Shown here: positions 26,261-40,800 of the stretch, piece by piece | Position numbering within the stretch: position 1 is the stretch's first letter | How the letters are laid out: each line of letters starts with the position of its first letter | Program-made: the position numbers and the translations under genes | The notes under the pieces: model-generated | Told to the model about the DNA's origin: nothing | The model's input: the letters and a program-made list of their open reading frames with translations, nothing else | The model's database searches: none | Source: Orbicella franksi | Taxonomy: Eukaryota | Direction: 5' to 3' | DNA: 64,000 nucleotides | NCBI GenBank assembly: GCA_964199315.1 | Contig: OZ116704.1 | Coordinates: 11,966,001-12,030,000, forward strand

Positions 26261-29200
26261 TGTATGTCACGTATTGCGTGCGTTTTGCGAGAATACTCTG
26301 GCGGATTCTTGAGCCCGCACTAGACTTGAACTCTTCATGTCTCCATGTTTAAATACTCTTCAATATTCTAGCTGTTAGTATCACGTATGGCGTGCGCCTT
26401 AAAAACCCTAGGATACTACGGCACCACGATTGCATATAAGAGGCTAGAATGTATAGTTACAAACATACATAGTTTATGAGAGGAAGCATCCAGCCCAAAT
26501 GAATTTTGGAGACTGACAAATCAAGGCTTAAGAAAACACAAGGTCAAAAACGTCGGACAATCTCTTGTCCCAATGAGGAGATAACCCAAGACTTAAACAA
26601 GGCTGAGTATTTTAATGGCTTCTTTGTAAATATTAGCAAAGATCTCTCCACTGCTGTACTGAGGATATTTTTGCGTTGGCGCGTTATGGGCCATCGGTTA
26701 AAACCTCAGCCCATTTCTCCGCTACAGTGTATCAATAAATTCTGCATTTCACGATCACAGCTACCAGTTAAAAAGTACGTAATTCTCAGCTGACAGTTAG
26801 AAGTTTATCCACTTCTCAGCCATTATTTAAAGTACTAAGTTGATGTTTGATGGGGGTCAAACCTCTGTAATATACATGAATCGGTCACTTGAGCGGAGGG
26901 GCGGGGTTGTTTAAAAACGATCCATCTTCATGATGAAAGTTGTAGTTCCAACATTTAATATTTACTTACACTCCTATGTGTACTTCACGTTTCACTGATC
27001 ACGAGAAACTTGGTGCAGTACGGCCTTATTATCCGTGCTAAGAAATACTAGAAAGGTAAGGTGCTAAGAAATGCTAGAAAAAAATAATGCACTTCTAGCT
27101 GACTGACACGTGTCGATAAAGGCCTTCTCACGGAACAGTGATCACGAATAGATATTCTCGGTTGGCGCAGTTCACGCTGTCACTCAGCTGGGTGCAATAT
27201 CTTCCGGTGCTTGTACTACATAGTTTGCAAAAGCCACTATGTCAAAGTCGGAAATTTCATGGTAGAAACATGTCCACTGAGTCAGTAGCGTTAATTGCTA
27301 ACTTGCAATACCGTAACCCCCCTCCAAGACACAGATAAATTTGAAAACAAATAAAGCGCATGGGTAGCTTTTATTAATTTTTCCCACTGCGTGAAATTCT
27401 TGAAAAGAGGAAATGTAATTAAATTTAGTTAGAGTATTTATTCTACCCTTGACCCTGCAATGAACGAAACGGTGGGGTAGTTAAGACAAAATGAACAGCA
27501 CCAGTCTTCGGATTCAACACAGCAATGCAATTGATCTGTTCACTATTGTCCCTGTTGTCCATTTTAATACTAAAATCAATCCTTCGCTACTCGAGGTTGT
27601 TTTCTACCGCTTTACTTTTACCCTGAGAGGATTAGTGTTAAAACGGCTAGACACCAGCAATAAGGTTCTGAAATATAAATAGATCATTTGCCCTCCTCTA
27701 AGACTCCTGCGGTAAAACATTGTACAAAGGCCAAGCTTTAAATTCCTCTACTTCGTGATTGTCCATTTCAATACTTTAAAGGTTTTAGGATTAACCGTCA
27801 AGATCAATAACCTATTTTGTGCATCGTCGTCAGGTCAATCCAGTCTTTAAATTTGGGCAACCACAATGTAAATAACACTCACTTTGCCAAAAATGTCTTG
27901 AAATTACTGAATGGCGACATTGTTAAAACCTCGAAGAATTCTGTAAGGTTCTTTTCAATCAGCACCCTGCAACTTCCTTTGCCTGTTTGAGTTCTCTGAG
28001 GAGGTTTAAACGGTATTATTATCAGTTGTTGTTGTGGGGCCAAGAAAACACCGTGACATGGTATCGCTCTTTGACAGTCAGTCCTTGTCAAACCCTTAAA
28101 CTCTCAGGAGATATAAGTGATGTACTTTAAGGTAAGAAATATGTCTGGGATCGGTATAGGCGGATTCTACGGATAGAAAGCCGTAATATGGGGTTATACT
28201 AGCCCCAAATGAAACAAAAGCCACGAAAATTGAAATAGCTTCATTTTTTTTTTAATTCCTCCCCGTAACGAGTGCGAGTAGGGGGTGGAATCACAGATTA
28301 CAAAAAAAGACAATTTCACCTTGCAAATTTGCATTCTGCAGTGTGTTTCATACACTCAGACTGTCGGACAATGCGGTCTCAACACTGTTTCAAGTACTCC
28401 AGCACTCTAAATGATTAATTGCCGCTTTTTGATCTTTGTTGAAACCACTTGGAACTATTGAGCAGTATTAATGTTTGACGTTTCCAGATCTTCTGATACG
28501 ATGAACCTGTTTGCTTGGAAAACTTGAAGCCGTTCAGGAAAGTTCTGCATACGTCTGCAAGGCCAAGCAAGGAAAACAAGATGGAAGGTCGTAGCCCCCT
28601 TTTTGGGAAGACGAGAAGTTTCTGGTAGGTTACATGTTTGAATGTCATTGTGATACTAAAAACAATCGTCACCGAATCTTGTTACAGTAGGCAAGGCAAG
28701 CAATCGATTTATACGGCAGGACCGAACGTTGCACAATGTTTGTTTATAAGACTGAGACTGACCGATTTTATTGTCTAGAATGATTGACGGCATTCCTGAA
28801 TTTCTTTTTTTTTTTTTTTTTTTTTCCCTCTCTCAAGCCGCTTTCGTGTTCATGGCCTATGATCTGCGATGGTTTTGTTGCCCTTGAAAACCCTCATATT
28901 TGATAAACTTCCACCCAATAAGTTGTCAAAGGAAGCTGTGAGAAACAATTAGGCGTTGTGAATCAGATATTCGCTTCTTATTACGTTTCTGTCCTAAAAT
29001 AATGCATTCTTGCAATTTATGCAGAATCTCAGACTAGCAGTTAGATAAACCGCAACCTAAATAAACTGTCGCCTGAATAAAACCTAGAAGAGTAACATAC
29101 TATTACTAGGAACCCCTGCAACTAAGGGTAAATTTGGAAGAATGTCAAGAATGTTTTGGTTACGTTCCACATGAGGCACGACGCGGCATTTGGCTCGTCT

Positions 29201-31017
29201 TTATTCTACCCCACAATTAAAAAAAAAACCCTGTTAGTTTGAAAAAAAAGCCTCCAGAAAGCATTTGCACCAGGGTTATGCAATATTAAGTCAGGATAAA
29301 TGACCGAATTAAGGCCAAAAACCGACTTACCTATGAGGGTTATTTCTCTCAGTGCATTATGAGTGTTAACGAACACTTTTCAAATACGCGAAGCTATTCA
29401 AATGGTGTGTTCGTAGTCCTCTTTAAGTTTAAATTTCAGTCGTTGCATCCATTTTGCGTGTCATGAACTCTAATTCAGTTTGACATTATTAACTACCCTT
29501 CAGCAACGTGCACATTCCAGTTATCATCAGACCCATTTTACACAAATTGATAAATCAATCTCAGAAAAGAAAACAGTCACTCCCAAAGGAACGTGGAAAT
29601 CCAAAATTCAGGTGGGAGAACCTTGAAACAATATCTCGTCTGAGATTTGCCTCTCAAACCACTTCAGTTAGACACGGTTCATCATAATCAACGTAACCAA
29701 AACACAAATATTTGTCTATTTCCGTTCTTTTTCACTCCGAAGTCCAAACTGGGAATGTTTAAACGACGTTTAAGCTCAAAAAGCAAGATTGCCTTTCCAG
29801 CACGTTGGGTGGGATTAGTTCTTTGCCCAAAGCTAGTTGGGTTTAATTTCAAACCGACGACGGCGACGAAATGTTAAAGCGTTTTTTCTTTTTCTTTTCT
29901 TTTTTTTTTTTACTATTATTATTTCGCTTGACCTCCGTGGAGCAATACTGACTCGTCGTGGCAGAACTACTTCAGGGCCCAAATGATTTGGTAACGAAGT
30001 ATCTTGAGTACTATCTTGAATACTCTCTGTTGTTAAGTGCCATTTGGTAAACGAGTTATTGCGTGCCAGTAATTTTAATTTCAAATAAAATTTATGGTCG
30101 CCTTGAATAAACCATCAACAAAATCTCATCAGTCATGCCAATGTAAATTTCGATGATTTAATCCTTGAAAAGGACCCTTTGCCGTAGATTGATTTCAGCT
30201 GATACCTAACAAAATAAAACAGCCGCAGACAGGGAAGTCAAAGAAAGCATCATTCAAGTGGGCGAACAGTAGTTGGCTTTCTTACGACAAAGCGCTGCGT
30301 ATGATTTTGATTCTGTTTATTTGTTTCTTGCCATAATGTCATAATGTAATTAACCCAAAACCATTCAGTTTGTAAACAAGCCAAAAGTGCAAATCGATTT
30401 TCATATGGCTCTTTTACACCATGTTCTCCGTCTCAACACGAAATCCAAATTGGATACCCTGTGTTCCGTTTTGGCTCTTGTCATTTTTACGAGTTTGATG
30501 ATGATAAATACCCTAAGTACTTGAGCTGTTCGAACTGAAGCAGGCGTTGTCACAGGAACAAATACGAAACCTGAATCTACGTGGGTGATCCTTGCTCACA
30601 TACTTAGCCAGACAAGGTGTCGTTTCTTTCTTGTAGAGCCCGATTGGTCGTAACAGTCTTGTTTGTTTGTTTTTTGTTTGTTGGTTGGTTTGTTTTTTTT
30701 TTTGTTTTTTCTAAAACGTCTCTTTCGTTCAGAAACAAAACCCGAGCGATATGCATCAATTAGTGCCGTATAGTTTTCACTGAGCCATTGCCTGAGCAAT
30801 CAGCCAAACTAGGGTCACTCGTGTTCATTCGGAACCACAGTCTTCATAGATTGGAAGTTTCAACACGAAGACATCATGTGACCATTTTACTCACCAATCT
30901 CTCCCAGAAGAGGGCATAATGAGGTCACTCCCGACATAAATAGAATGAGATTAGTAGCACACATATCTAGTCAGAAGTGTTCGCAATTGCTTGCAACAAT
31001 CATTTCCATCTCTTGAG

Positions 31018-34000
31018 ATGAGGGCGACAGATTAGTAAGTCACTTAAACACGCAGCCTGTGTTTTCTACTTAAGTGTCTAACATCAATTTGTGATGCAAG
31101 GCTTGTATCAACTGTACCCTTGACTAAGCTGAACAAACATTGTTTTTTTTTTTTTCTCTTTTAGCATAGCTATCCTTGGGATCGCAATTTTTGCCAGATC
31201 TTGTGAAAGCAAAGTGGATCCCCCTCAACCGACGTCACCAGGTCAGTTATTGGTTTATTGGCTGACAGACTAACTGAAGCTGTTAGGTCGATCTACATTC
31301 ATTCTACTTCACATATCTGAATCCAGACTGCCCTTAAACCTGGTCTACAAGAGTTAGAACGTTCGAAGATATCATGCTGTAAGGAAAATTGTCGGGTAAC
31401 AACAACACTGAATAACAACTAGCTTTATTTGTATGACCATAAATACATACTGAGTGTTGCAAAAGCTTTTGTAAACTAAAACTAAAACACTGATAGAGCT
31501 TTTCCGTAAAAAGAACCTTACAAATGTAAATATGCATTTCACGACCTTAGGCATGTCAATGAGATGGCTATTGTTTCTCTTTCAAGAAAGAACCGCTACC
31601 TCGCTACCTTCGCAAATACCTTATGAAACCAGATAAATTTTAAAAGCACATTGTTGCTTCTCAGATATAGAAGACCTTCACAAAATCGTCGTAACAAGAC
31701 TAACGATCGTAAATCGCCGGCTAGATACAACGCTGTTAATTTACATGATAGCTTTGTCGAGACTGTTTCTTCTTCGCTACAGTTCTTGGAATAAAGAAAT
31801 ATGGCGTTCAGCAAGAAATGTTCAAAATTCTACGACGACTGATAAAAGCCATCGTCCCTGACACCATATTCCCGACACGTAATTATAATCCTTCAAATGT
31901 CTAAAACTATCGTCACTCGTTTACTCGTTTACGAGTGTCGATAAAACGCTGAAAACAATTATTGTGTTCAATAATTTCTATTTTTTAGTCTGCTACTGTT
32001 ACTCGATGCGCCATAATTTAAGGTGAGCTCTTTGAAGGTTTTGACATTTAGCAACAGGCCTTATAATCGAACGGGCGGGGAATTTACGTGTCTCATGTCA
32101 GAATGGGTACATTTGCATCTGTACGGTTATTGTACGGAAAAACTCTAATGATTGTCGTGAACATATGATAAAGTTATGATAGTTATAGCAATCAAGTTAC
32201 ATCGGTTTGAATTGAAAGAAGGAGTATTGACAGTATTGCGCAGATCAAAACAAGATGAAATGAATTTTGCTAATTAAATATTAACGTAATGATTTGTAGA
32301 AGTCATGAGTTTGTCGGTAGCTTGTAACGAAGATAATTGTTTAAAAGTCGGAACGATATTCTCTATTTTTCATCTTTTTTTATTCATCTTTTAGAGGCAA
32401 TGTATAAGACATAAGTGAGATTCATCTTCAATTTGATTATATTCACAAATAGGGCAGAGTCTGTTAACCCTTGGAATTTGATCATCGCTACCAGATTCAA
32501 TCCTTAGTTTGTGATTACCTATCGTACATTTTGCAAGTTCTTTTCTTTCGCTTAGTTTGCTTGTAAAGCCTAAATAAGAGGAAGGTGTATAAGAAAGAAA
32601 CGATTATTTTCAACAGGGTCTGTGCTACTTGAATAAGTCGTCAGTAATCGTTCTGACGCATTCATCAGCTACTATTCTTTGTTAACACAGTCAATCAACA
32701 TTTCACCATTTTATTTTATCGGCTCTCAGTTAAAGTCAATTGTCGCACTCTGTAAACTTGAGTAAGGCAGGATTCTGCTTGAACTAAACATGAAAACATG
32801 GACTGTTTTACAACCGCCCTTCCGGACAGACAAAACTATCGCATTAATTTTCGCCGAAATCCAACACTGTCTAGCACATATACATCCATCGTATGCACAA
32901 GGCTTGTATTGATTATTAATTTTCTTTAGACGAAGAGCAAAAAACGAACCGGCGAATGTCGGATCCGTTGAAGGTTCCCAGTAAGACAAAGTCAAAATGG
33001 TTAAGAGCGCTGTGTAAGCTAGAGGTTTGTCCTAATGGACATAATTTTCCGACATCTTTGTCTCCAAAACAACAAAGTTGATACCGGTATTAGAGCGCCC
33101 ATTGCGTAATTATACTCTTTTTTGTTTAAAAGAATATATATTATAGGATTATCGAGGCTGAAATTTGTGAAAAGAATAAAATTTTGTATATTGAAAATTT
33201 GCAAATACCATACAATCATATGTTTTTTAACTAAACCGTATAAAATTCCTCCTGTTTCTCAGTAAACAGCAATAATAGCCTAAAAACGGCAAACTCGGCA
33301 CTAGCCGTATGTTCGCTGCGAAAATAACATTTTTGCAGAAGTTATGTGTGTCATCTTCGGCTTTATTGCCTGCAGTCTGGCTCCAAAATTGCTTCAACGT
33401 CATCAAAGTCACGATAGGACAGATAATCTGACGTTTTGTTGGCAAAGTCCACTCTGTATTCCTTTCACTAATCTAAGAATATTTACAAGAATATTTTCAG
33501 CCTAAAATCGGCAGGAATATAAGAATGCTTGTTGTCTAATCACTCTGCAGTGAAACCAAAACAAAATAATTTCTAACTTAGTACAAGTAAGAAAACATCA
33601 GTCCTATGGGAGGTGGTATCTCTTTTACTGATCAGACATGAACAGCCCTAACATAGTTTATTACAATAAACATAAGCGGTCCAATGATAGTTATTAATAC
33701 AACAAATGTACTGAACAAAAACACGGAAATTTTACTAAAACAAAAATTTCCAGAATGAAGAGATCAAAAATGGAGATGCTGTCGAGTGACAACTCCTAAC
33801 CACAAACTGCTTAAATATTTGCTTCTTAGCATAATTACGTAACCTGCATACCAACGAATCTAAATACCGCCACACAACTATCTTACAATAACAAAGTGAA
33901 AAATTATGTTCAGCCTGAGAAATAATATTCTTATAAAAAAAAGAGTGTATGGGGTATCAGTGAAGTGTCTCCTTCTATAAACTAGTCTTCCAAATTTGTT

Positions 34001-34810
34001 CAAAGTTAGTACGGTCAACCACAATAAAATTGTAATCGACAATTCTTCACCGGATAATTGTATTACGGAGCAGGTGTTAGTTTCAGCAGCAGTATTTTTC
34101 AAGGCAATATTCGTTGCATATTTTCCAGAGATATTATACCAGATTGCGAAACTGGGCGAATTAAGCAATTTCATAACAAATCGCTTATTTTTAACTACTC
34201 CCTAAATATAACCCTAAATACAATGGTGGCTTATCTAGAAGTTTCCCACTGAGATCAGAATAGTCGCCAAGACTTGATAGATTAAATACGTGAAATTGGT
34301 TATTTCACAACAAATTGCTAATTGTAGTATTTGCTAAATTTAACAAACTGTCCAGAAGTTTCCACTGAGATCAAAACAAAATAGTCGTTAAGTCTTCATA
34401 GATTAAATACGTGAAACTGGTTATTTCATGACAAATGTAGTATTTGCTAAATTTAGCAAACTGTCGGTCTAGAAGTTTCAATGTAACATTAGAGAATTAG
34501 GTGATTTGACGGCCAATTGCTAAGTTTAAAGATAATTGATTTTAGAGACTGGTCTTCAGGTTAGATCAACAATCCTTTTAAGTCAATAGTCCAAGTTAAT
34601 CCCGCAATTTGAAGTATTTCCTATTTTTACCATACTGTGTTGTTTTAGCTTAAGTTAGTCCATCTTTTCGATATCAGGAGAAAATTGCCCAAATTAGCTC
34701 CGCATTTGATAATTACAACACGGCCGTTCACAAATTAAAACAACAATCAGCAATTACGAAATAGAAAACACGTACCGTGTTTCTATCGAGTTATAGAAAT
34801 ACGAGTGGAA

Positions 34811-34842
<32 letters not shown>

Positions 34843-37800
34843 GAGCCGCATGCAATTGCCATACAATTGGAATTGTCCCAGGGATAATAATTATATCCTC
34901 CTGTTCTATCGTATTCGTTTGAGTGGACGGCTCGGGTTGTCAAATTTGGGGATTTCTGGCAGTAAGTCAGCTGATAAGTCTTCTCTTTAAGACCGGGATA
35001 ACGGCAGATAAGTTTCTTCGTAAAACATTTCCTTGTGAAAAATTCTGATCGGCTGGTCGCAACCGCCGCCCTAAAATTTCTGAAGGATTTGGGATCTTTC
35101 AGACTGTCACTGCGGCTTTGTAAGATCCTCGTGCAATTTGTGACATTTAGGCCCTTTTCTGGACACCTTGAATCCGTTCTACATTACCCACGGCAGCAGT
35201 GTTTGCTTTCTAACATTATTTAAGCTGATCAAAAGCCTAGCCCACCAATCTTTCCTTTTTCGCCTGACTTTCTGGTCTAGAATACAACGCGCCCATGCAA
35301 ACCCTTCTACCGGACTGTAATTCTTGTCAGAGTCATGTGGGGGGTCTCTGGTGATGTAGTCTATCATTAGAAACTGTGCATGACGTTGTTATACGGAAGG
35401 GAGTAACCAGACGGTGGGCGTATAAGCAGATTTGTTAACCGTATTCAGGGGCACCCAACGGATCGTTCCGGTAAATTATCTGTTCGGAAGGCCTTTAATC
35501 CCCTCTGATTTTCTTGAGAGAATTGGCACCTCAAACTTTCGTGATATGAGAAATTTAATGTCTGTTGTTTTCGGACTGTTGAAAATGTCGTTTTGGGTAC
35601 CGAAAAAAGGTAAGCTATCATTTTCGGAAAGGCGTTAAGACCTAAGGTTTTCGGGAAATGGACAAAAAAGCCCTAATAAATTCGAGAATACTCAAGTTCC
35701 CCTAGAATATCCGAACAGATAAAATTTTTTTAGTGCAACCTAAAATTAACCCACAGAGCTTTAAAAGTACTCCAGATAGCCTAAAACAGCGTCTAACAGC
35801 ATTCGAGAGAAAACGGTCGTTGGGTGCCCCTGCGTATTCTCCAGTTTGGAAGTTAAGCCTAACTTAACGGCTTATGACTAGGCGTAAGCCTTGAGCTGAA
35901 AGGATAACAGGATATGGAAGCAAAAGGTTGAGTGTATCAACCAACACCTGAACGACAATTACAACTGTGTAACTGTTCGAACTGAGTGAAGACAACGTCA
36001 ACAATGAATATCTGACGTCACTACGTATGTCATTGGCTCAAGGATACGGTTTTCAGGCATGCCACTCAAACAAACCAAATGAATGTTTCAAAATAGGCAC
36101 AACAAGTTAACATTATCAAATGGCAGAAAGCTTCTCAATGGATTAGCTATGCTACAGAGCGTTGAGTTTGGGATTACCGAGAACAAATCCAGCTACTGGA
36201 ATAGTGGAGGTTGAGAACGGGAAAGCCGAATTGTTGTTTTTTCGACCAGTTGCTTTTGTTGGGAGAACAATGCAAGGGGCGTGTTTTCAGCAGCCAGTTG
36301 GTAACTGCTCGATGAGAGTGGCCAAAGCACCGAAAGGTTACAACGAAGTTTTCTTTCCTTTTCGTTTACAGCTGTTACTGCCAAGCCACCGCAGTGCTCG
36401 TTTAACCACATCAACTACAACGTGGGAGAGATCTGGAATCCATTTCTGTTACCGAAAGGATACTATCGCTGCAAACGTTGTATCTGCAAATTGGTAAGTG
36501 CTACATATGGGGTGTGACTAAACTGTGCATTCAGCATCGTAACAGTATGATAATTTTGTTCAGTTCAATATTAATAAGTAGGAGATAGAGTAACACCCCA
36601 ACAGAACCACAAGGCTGTCTATAAAAGTGGAAAAAAGAAAGACAGAACACTGCAGTCGCACAACAAATGGTGTTGACAATATTCCGAATACAGTTGTAAT
36701 CTTCTATCGACCAAAGGCGTTAGTTTTCCAAATTCGTTTCTCGATTGGCAGTCCGATTTGTCATAGATGGAAAGTAAAGAGAATTAGTCCTGAGGAAATT
36801 TATCTAGCACTCCCACGATCGGCATTACTCATTTGCTGAACTTTATTCTCACTCACCGGGAACTCTACGTAGCCCTCGAACATAGTTTATATAGAGTTTA
36901 CCTCACCTAACTACACTGTAATAGTTTTTATCAGGGAATTTACAAATCGATGACGTTCAACAATCCAGCAGCGTTGTCGTGCAAAAGTCGTCCGTTCGTA
37001 AAGTTAACAAATTGACGTCAGTTTTTCATGCGTCTGTCCTGTTATTGATCATGAATTTCGTCATAACATTGTTAAAGTAGCTGTGGATCCACAAGGCGAC
37101 AGCCGAGTGGATCCGCAAACTACTGCAAATAACAAATTTTGACGAATTGTCAAATTGTCCGCTCTCAATCGTTGACGCATCGCATAAATTATAAATTCCT
37201 GTCTCTGTCCGCTTATTTACTATGAAAATTAGCCAATGAGCGCGCGAGAATTTCTGCAGTTATCGTAAAATTCTTATTTTCCTATTTCCCTGAGGTTTTA
37301 ATTTTGCAGTACGCCGATTTACTCTCGAAACAGTACACAAAAGGAATTTTCCTCAGTACATTTCGAAACGTTTTTAGCTGTGTCTGGCTAATTGGGTTTA
37401 ACTGCTAATCAGGAAAGTAAAGGTTACACGCGTTTACCTGAAATGCATGTTATCTTACATGGCCTCAAAGTTGTAAAAGAACCGATGTAAACCAAAGTCC
37501 AAACAACACTCTTTTGAACGAGCTTATCAGCTTAGTTGTCCCTTATTGTGGGATAATGGGTCTTGTCCTTGCCAATTGGATATAGAGGGAACTCAATAAT
37601 TTTTTTTAATACGTACCTCACGCTTTTAAATAACATATGCAAGTAAATGAACCAGCTCGCCCGAAGTCTCCCCGTAGCAAGAGACCACGATCATGGTCTC
37701 TTGCCCGAAAGAGGCTTAGAGCATCCGTCTGATGTGTGTGAAGGTCATGGGTTCGACTACCTTGAGGACTCAGATTTGTTTTATTTTCCTACACTCGTGC

Positions 37801-40800
37801 ATGACAACAGAATGTAATCTTTCTCATCGCTTTATGTTTTCAGTCAAGCGATGGCGCCTTGGCAATAATAGACTGCGAAGGACGACGGTGCAGAAAACCG
37901 TCATCGCATGGTATGTAAACGTTTTATAGTTGAGAAAAAGAACTGAATTGCAATGGTCGGTCGCTGGTTTAGTGCCAGTACTTGACAAGTGCCATCAAAA
38001 GTTTTAGAAAACAGGACGGCAGTTTCCTCGACAAAAAGTCGCGATTCTAACCTACCTTAATCTTCTTAATCATTAGCCATTCTAAATTTATTCAGTTTAT
38101 TCAGTTTATTTTGTACCTACATGGTGTTTTGTACCTTGGTGACCAAATATCTGGAGGTTGCCTTCGTTCACTGCAACAAATGGCTTGATGCATGGTAACA
38201 TAACCAGTGTAATTCTTTTCAAAATATAGCCATCGCCGTCTTCGTGCTCAGAGATGTGTACAGATCAATGGTCAACGAGAATAAATTTTATCTATTCTTT
38301 CTTTATTATCAAGCAAATAGAGAAAAACTTGTTTCGACACTGTGCACAAAGACAAAAGATTCTGAGTTTACTACATGTAAATTACATCTGACAACAAAAT
38401 CAACAATTAAAACCATATCGTTAGACCAGAGTTGCCTTTTGCAAACGGTAGTCTCCTAACTGCTAGCTTAACGTTTAAGGAACGATTTCCCCTTTCCAAA
38501 CATTAGATAGAGGCCAAGTCAAGAAAACTCTACATGTGGAAACTTCACCTTAAACTCTTGACTTATTCATTTAACTTTCAGCAAATCCCGCGCATAACGA
38601 ACAGCAAAGTAATTGTAGTCACCAAGGTACCCTGCGGAGTCATGGGACAGTGTGGAAGGTGTCTACCACGGGTCTAAATGTCACGCTTGCCAATCACTGC
38701 ATGGAGTGTAGCTGCACGGTTAGATTTTCTTCAGTCTAGTAATTAAAATATAAAGTTATTTGAACATTCGTATAACAAAACATAAAAATATCATCAGAAT
38801 ACAAGTGACCTTCAAGTGAAAGACTGCTATATGCCAATGTTGATTTCTAAAGGTGGACAGTCAAGGGACTGTACAAACAAGAACAAGTCAGATTATCATT
38901 ATTGCGTTTCGGTTAGAAATTTTGAACTGTCTTTCAAGACTTTCAAGACGTTCCGTTTATTTCGACAATTTTCCGATCGGTCGAGCCAAAATTATCCTAC
39001 CATTTATATTGACAGAAATCTCCGGGTAAATAGTCAACCAAAGACTAAGTTAACTACAAAATTCGGCTTGGTTGTATTTACAAGTACGGTTTATGTCGGG
39101 CGAAAACCACCACAAAAAGATTTGTTTACAACCAGTTCCAGCAACAAAGCAGGTAAGTGTAAACGTTTCTAAGTATTTTAAGAGGTTGGCGAAATTTATA
39201 AACTGTACTAACAGTAGGGTTTCGAATCAAGAAAACTATTTATAAAATTATGTTAAAAAATGTCGTCGAAAAAAAAGCTTGGCAAGTGCCATCAAAAGTT
39301 TTAAGCGGCCTTCACACGGCAAACTTAAGTTGGCAAACTCGTGTTGCCAAACTTCCAAAAGTTGGCAAACTCGTACCTTCACACGTCAAACTCGTGTCAA
39401 ATCACAACACACGGTAATTTGCAACATGGCCGACTCAGTGCAGTGGCACTCACGTACAAAAGTGAAACAGAAGAAAAGAAGAGAAGAAACAGAAAGCAGT
39501 GGAGAAATAAAGGTTTGGAGGAAACCCAGTTTGTCCGCTAGCTTCCCCATTTTCTTTTGTTTGTTTTTACGGTATCGTTGTAGACTACAAATGAAATGCC
39601 CCACACAGCTGGACAATTGTGAACCTCTTCGATGAATTTAAAGGTGGCCTCGTGTTCATCTTGAATTGCGTCCGCCATTTTGTGAAGTGTCACGCAAATG
39701 AATCACGTGAATAGAGCGCGTGTTTTGATTGGCTGACAGTTAACAACACATGTCTGCCAATCGTTCACACGTCAGAAAAGAGTTTACCAACACGAAACAG
39801 TTGGTGAAAAAGTTGGCGAGAATAGAGGCAAGTTCTACTTGTCGCCAACAGTTTGCCAACGTGTTTACCGACTGTATTTGTGCTGTTCACACGCACCAAC
39901 TTCAGTTTGCCAACACGAGTTTGCCAACTTTAGTTTGCCGTGTGAAGGCCGCTTTACAGCCGGACAACTGCGAACCTCTTCGATAAATTCAAAAGTGGCC
40001 TCATGTTCATCTTGAATTGCGTCCGCCATTTTGTGAAGTGTCACGCAGATAAATCACGTGAATAGAGCCCGTGTTTTGATTGGTTGATAGTCAACAACAC
40101 ATGTTTGCCAATCGTTCACACGTCCGATACGAGTTTACCAACACGAAAAAGTTGGTGAAATAGTCGGCGAGAATAGAGACAAGTTCTATTTGTCGCCAAC
40201 AGTTTGCCAACGTGTTTGCCGACTGTATTTGTGCTGTTCACACACACCAACTTGAGTTTGCCAGCGCGAGTTCGTCAACTTTAGTTTGCCGTGTGAAGTC
40301 CGCTTTAGAAAACACGACAGCAGTTTCTTCGATAAAAATTTGCGTACTGCATTTCGGCAATTTACTTCAGCATAAATCTTCGAGGCAGCAACTGTCCGAA
40401 AAAAATGTTAAGGGTAAACTGAAATAATCGTTTCCATAGATCAACAAATCAACCACTTCCACCGCTGTTTTTAACTTGCATGTTCCTGTTTATGGAGTGA
40501 TGAGTAGTGTGCATAATTACCTCGCCGCTATGTCCACCGCTAGCCAGGTTTATGCAGTAAATAATAGTTAAAGACAAAGCATCTGTCCGTCAAAACAATA
40601 ACAATGTCACAATTAACTCTTCTGTAATACACAAGCCGGTTTGTTACGAAAAATTTGGCTTACAAGTAATTATCCGACATATTAGTGAATAACAACAAAA
40701 GCGACTGAATCGACACGAAAAGCGGCAAATAATTTAAGCTTACGATGTCCAAGAACCGACACAATTTCGTTCCAAAAGTGAAACATGTTCTCACCATAAG

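Noticed and set aside
30100-30140. CTGATGAG on the minus strand (hammerhead ribozyme core)
   Set aside because: No stem II followed by GAAA and no closing stems.
37715-37825. tRNA-like GGTTCGA boxes (also at 47335-47415 and near 58745)
   Set aside because: No cloverleaf or acceptor stem; they continue into SINE bodies.
38230-38270. Possible missing CR1 exon (AG|CCATCGCCG...)
   Set aside because: No frame compatible with the flanking phase-1 junctions supplies the missing CC..C cysteines.
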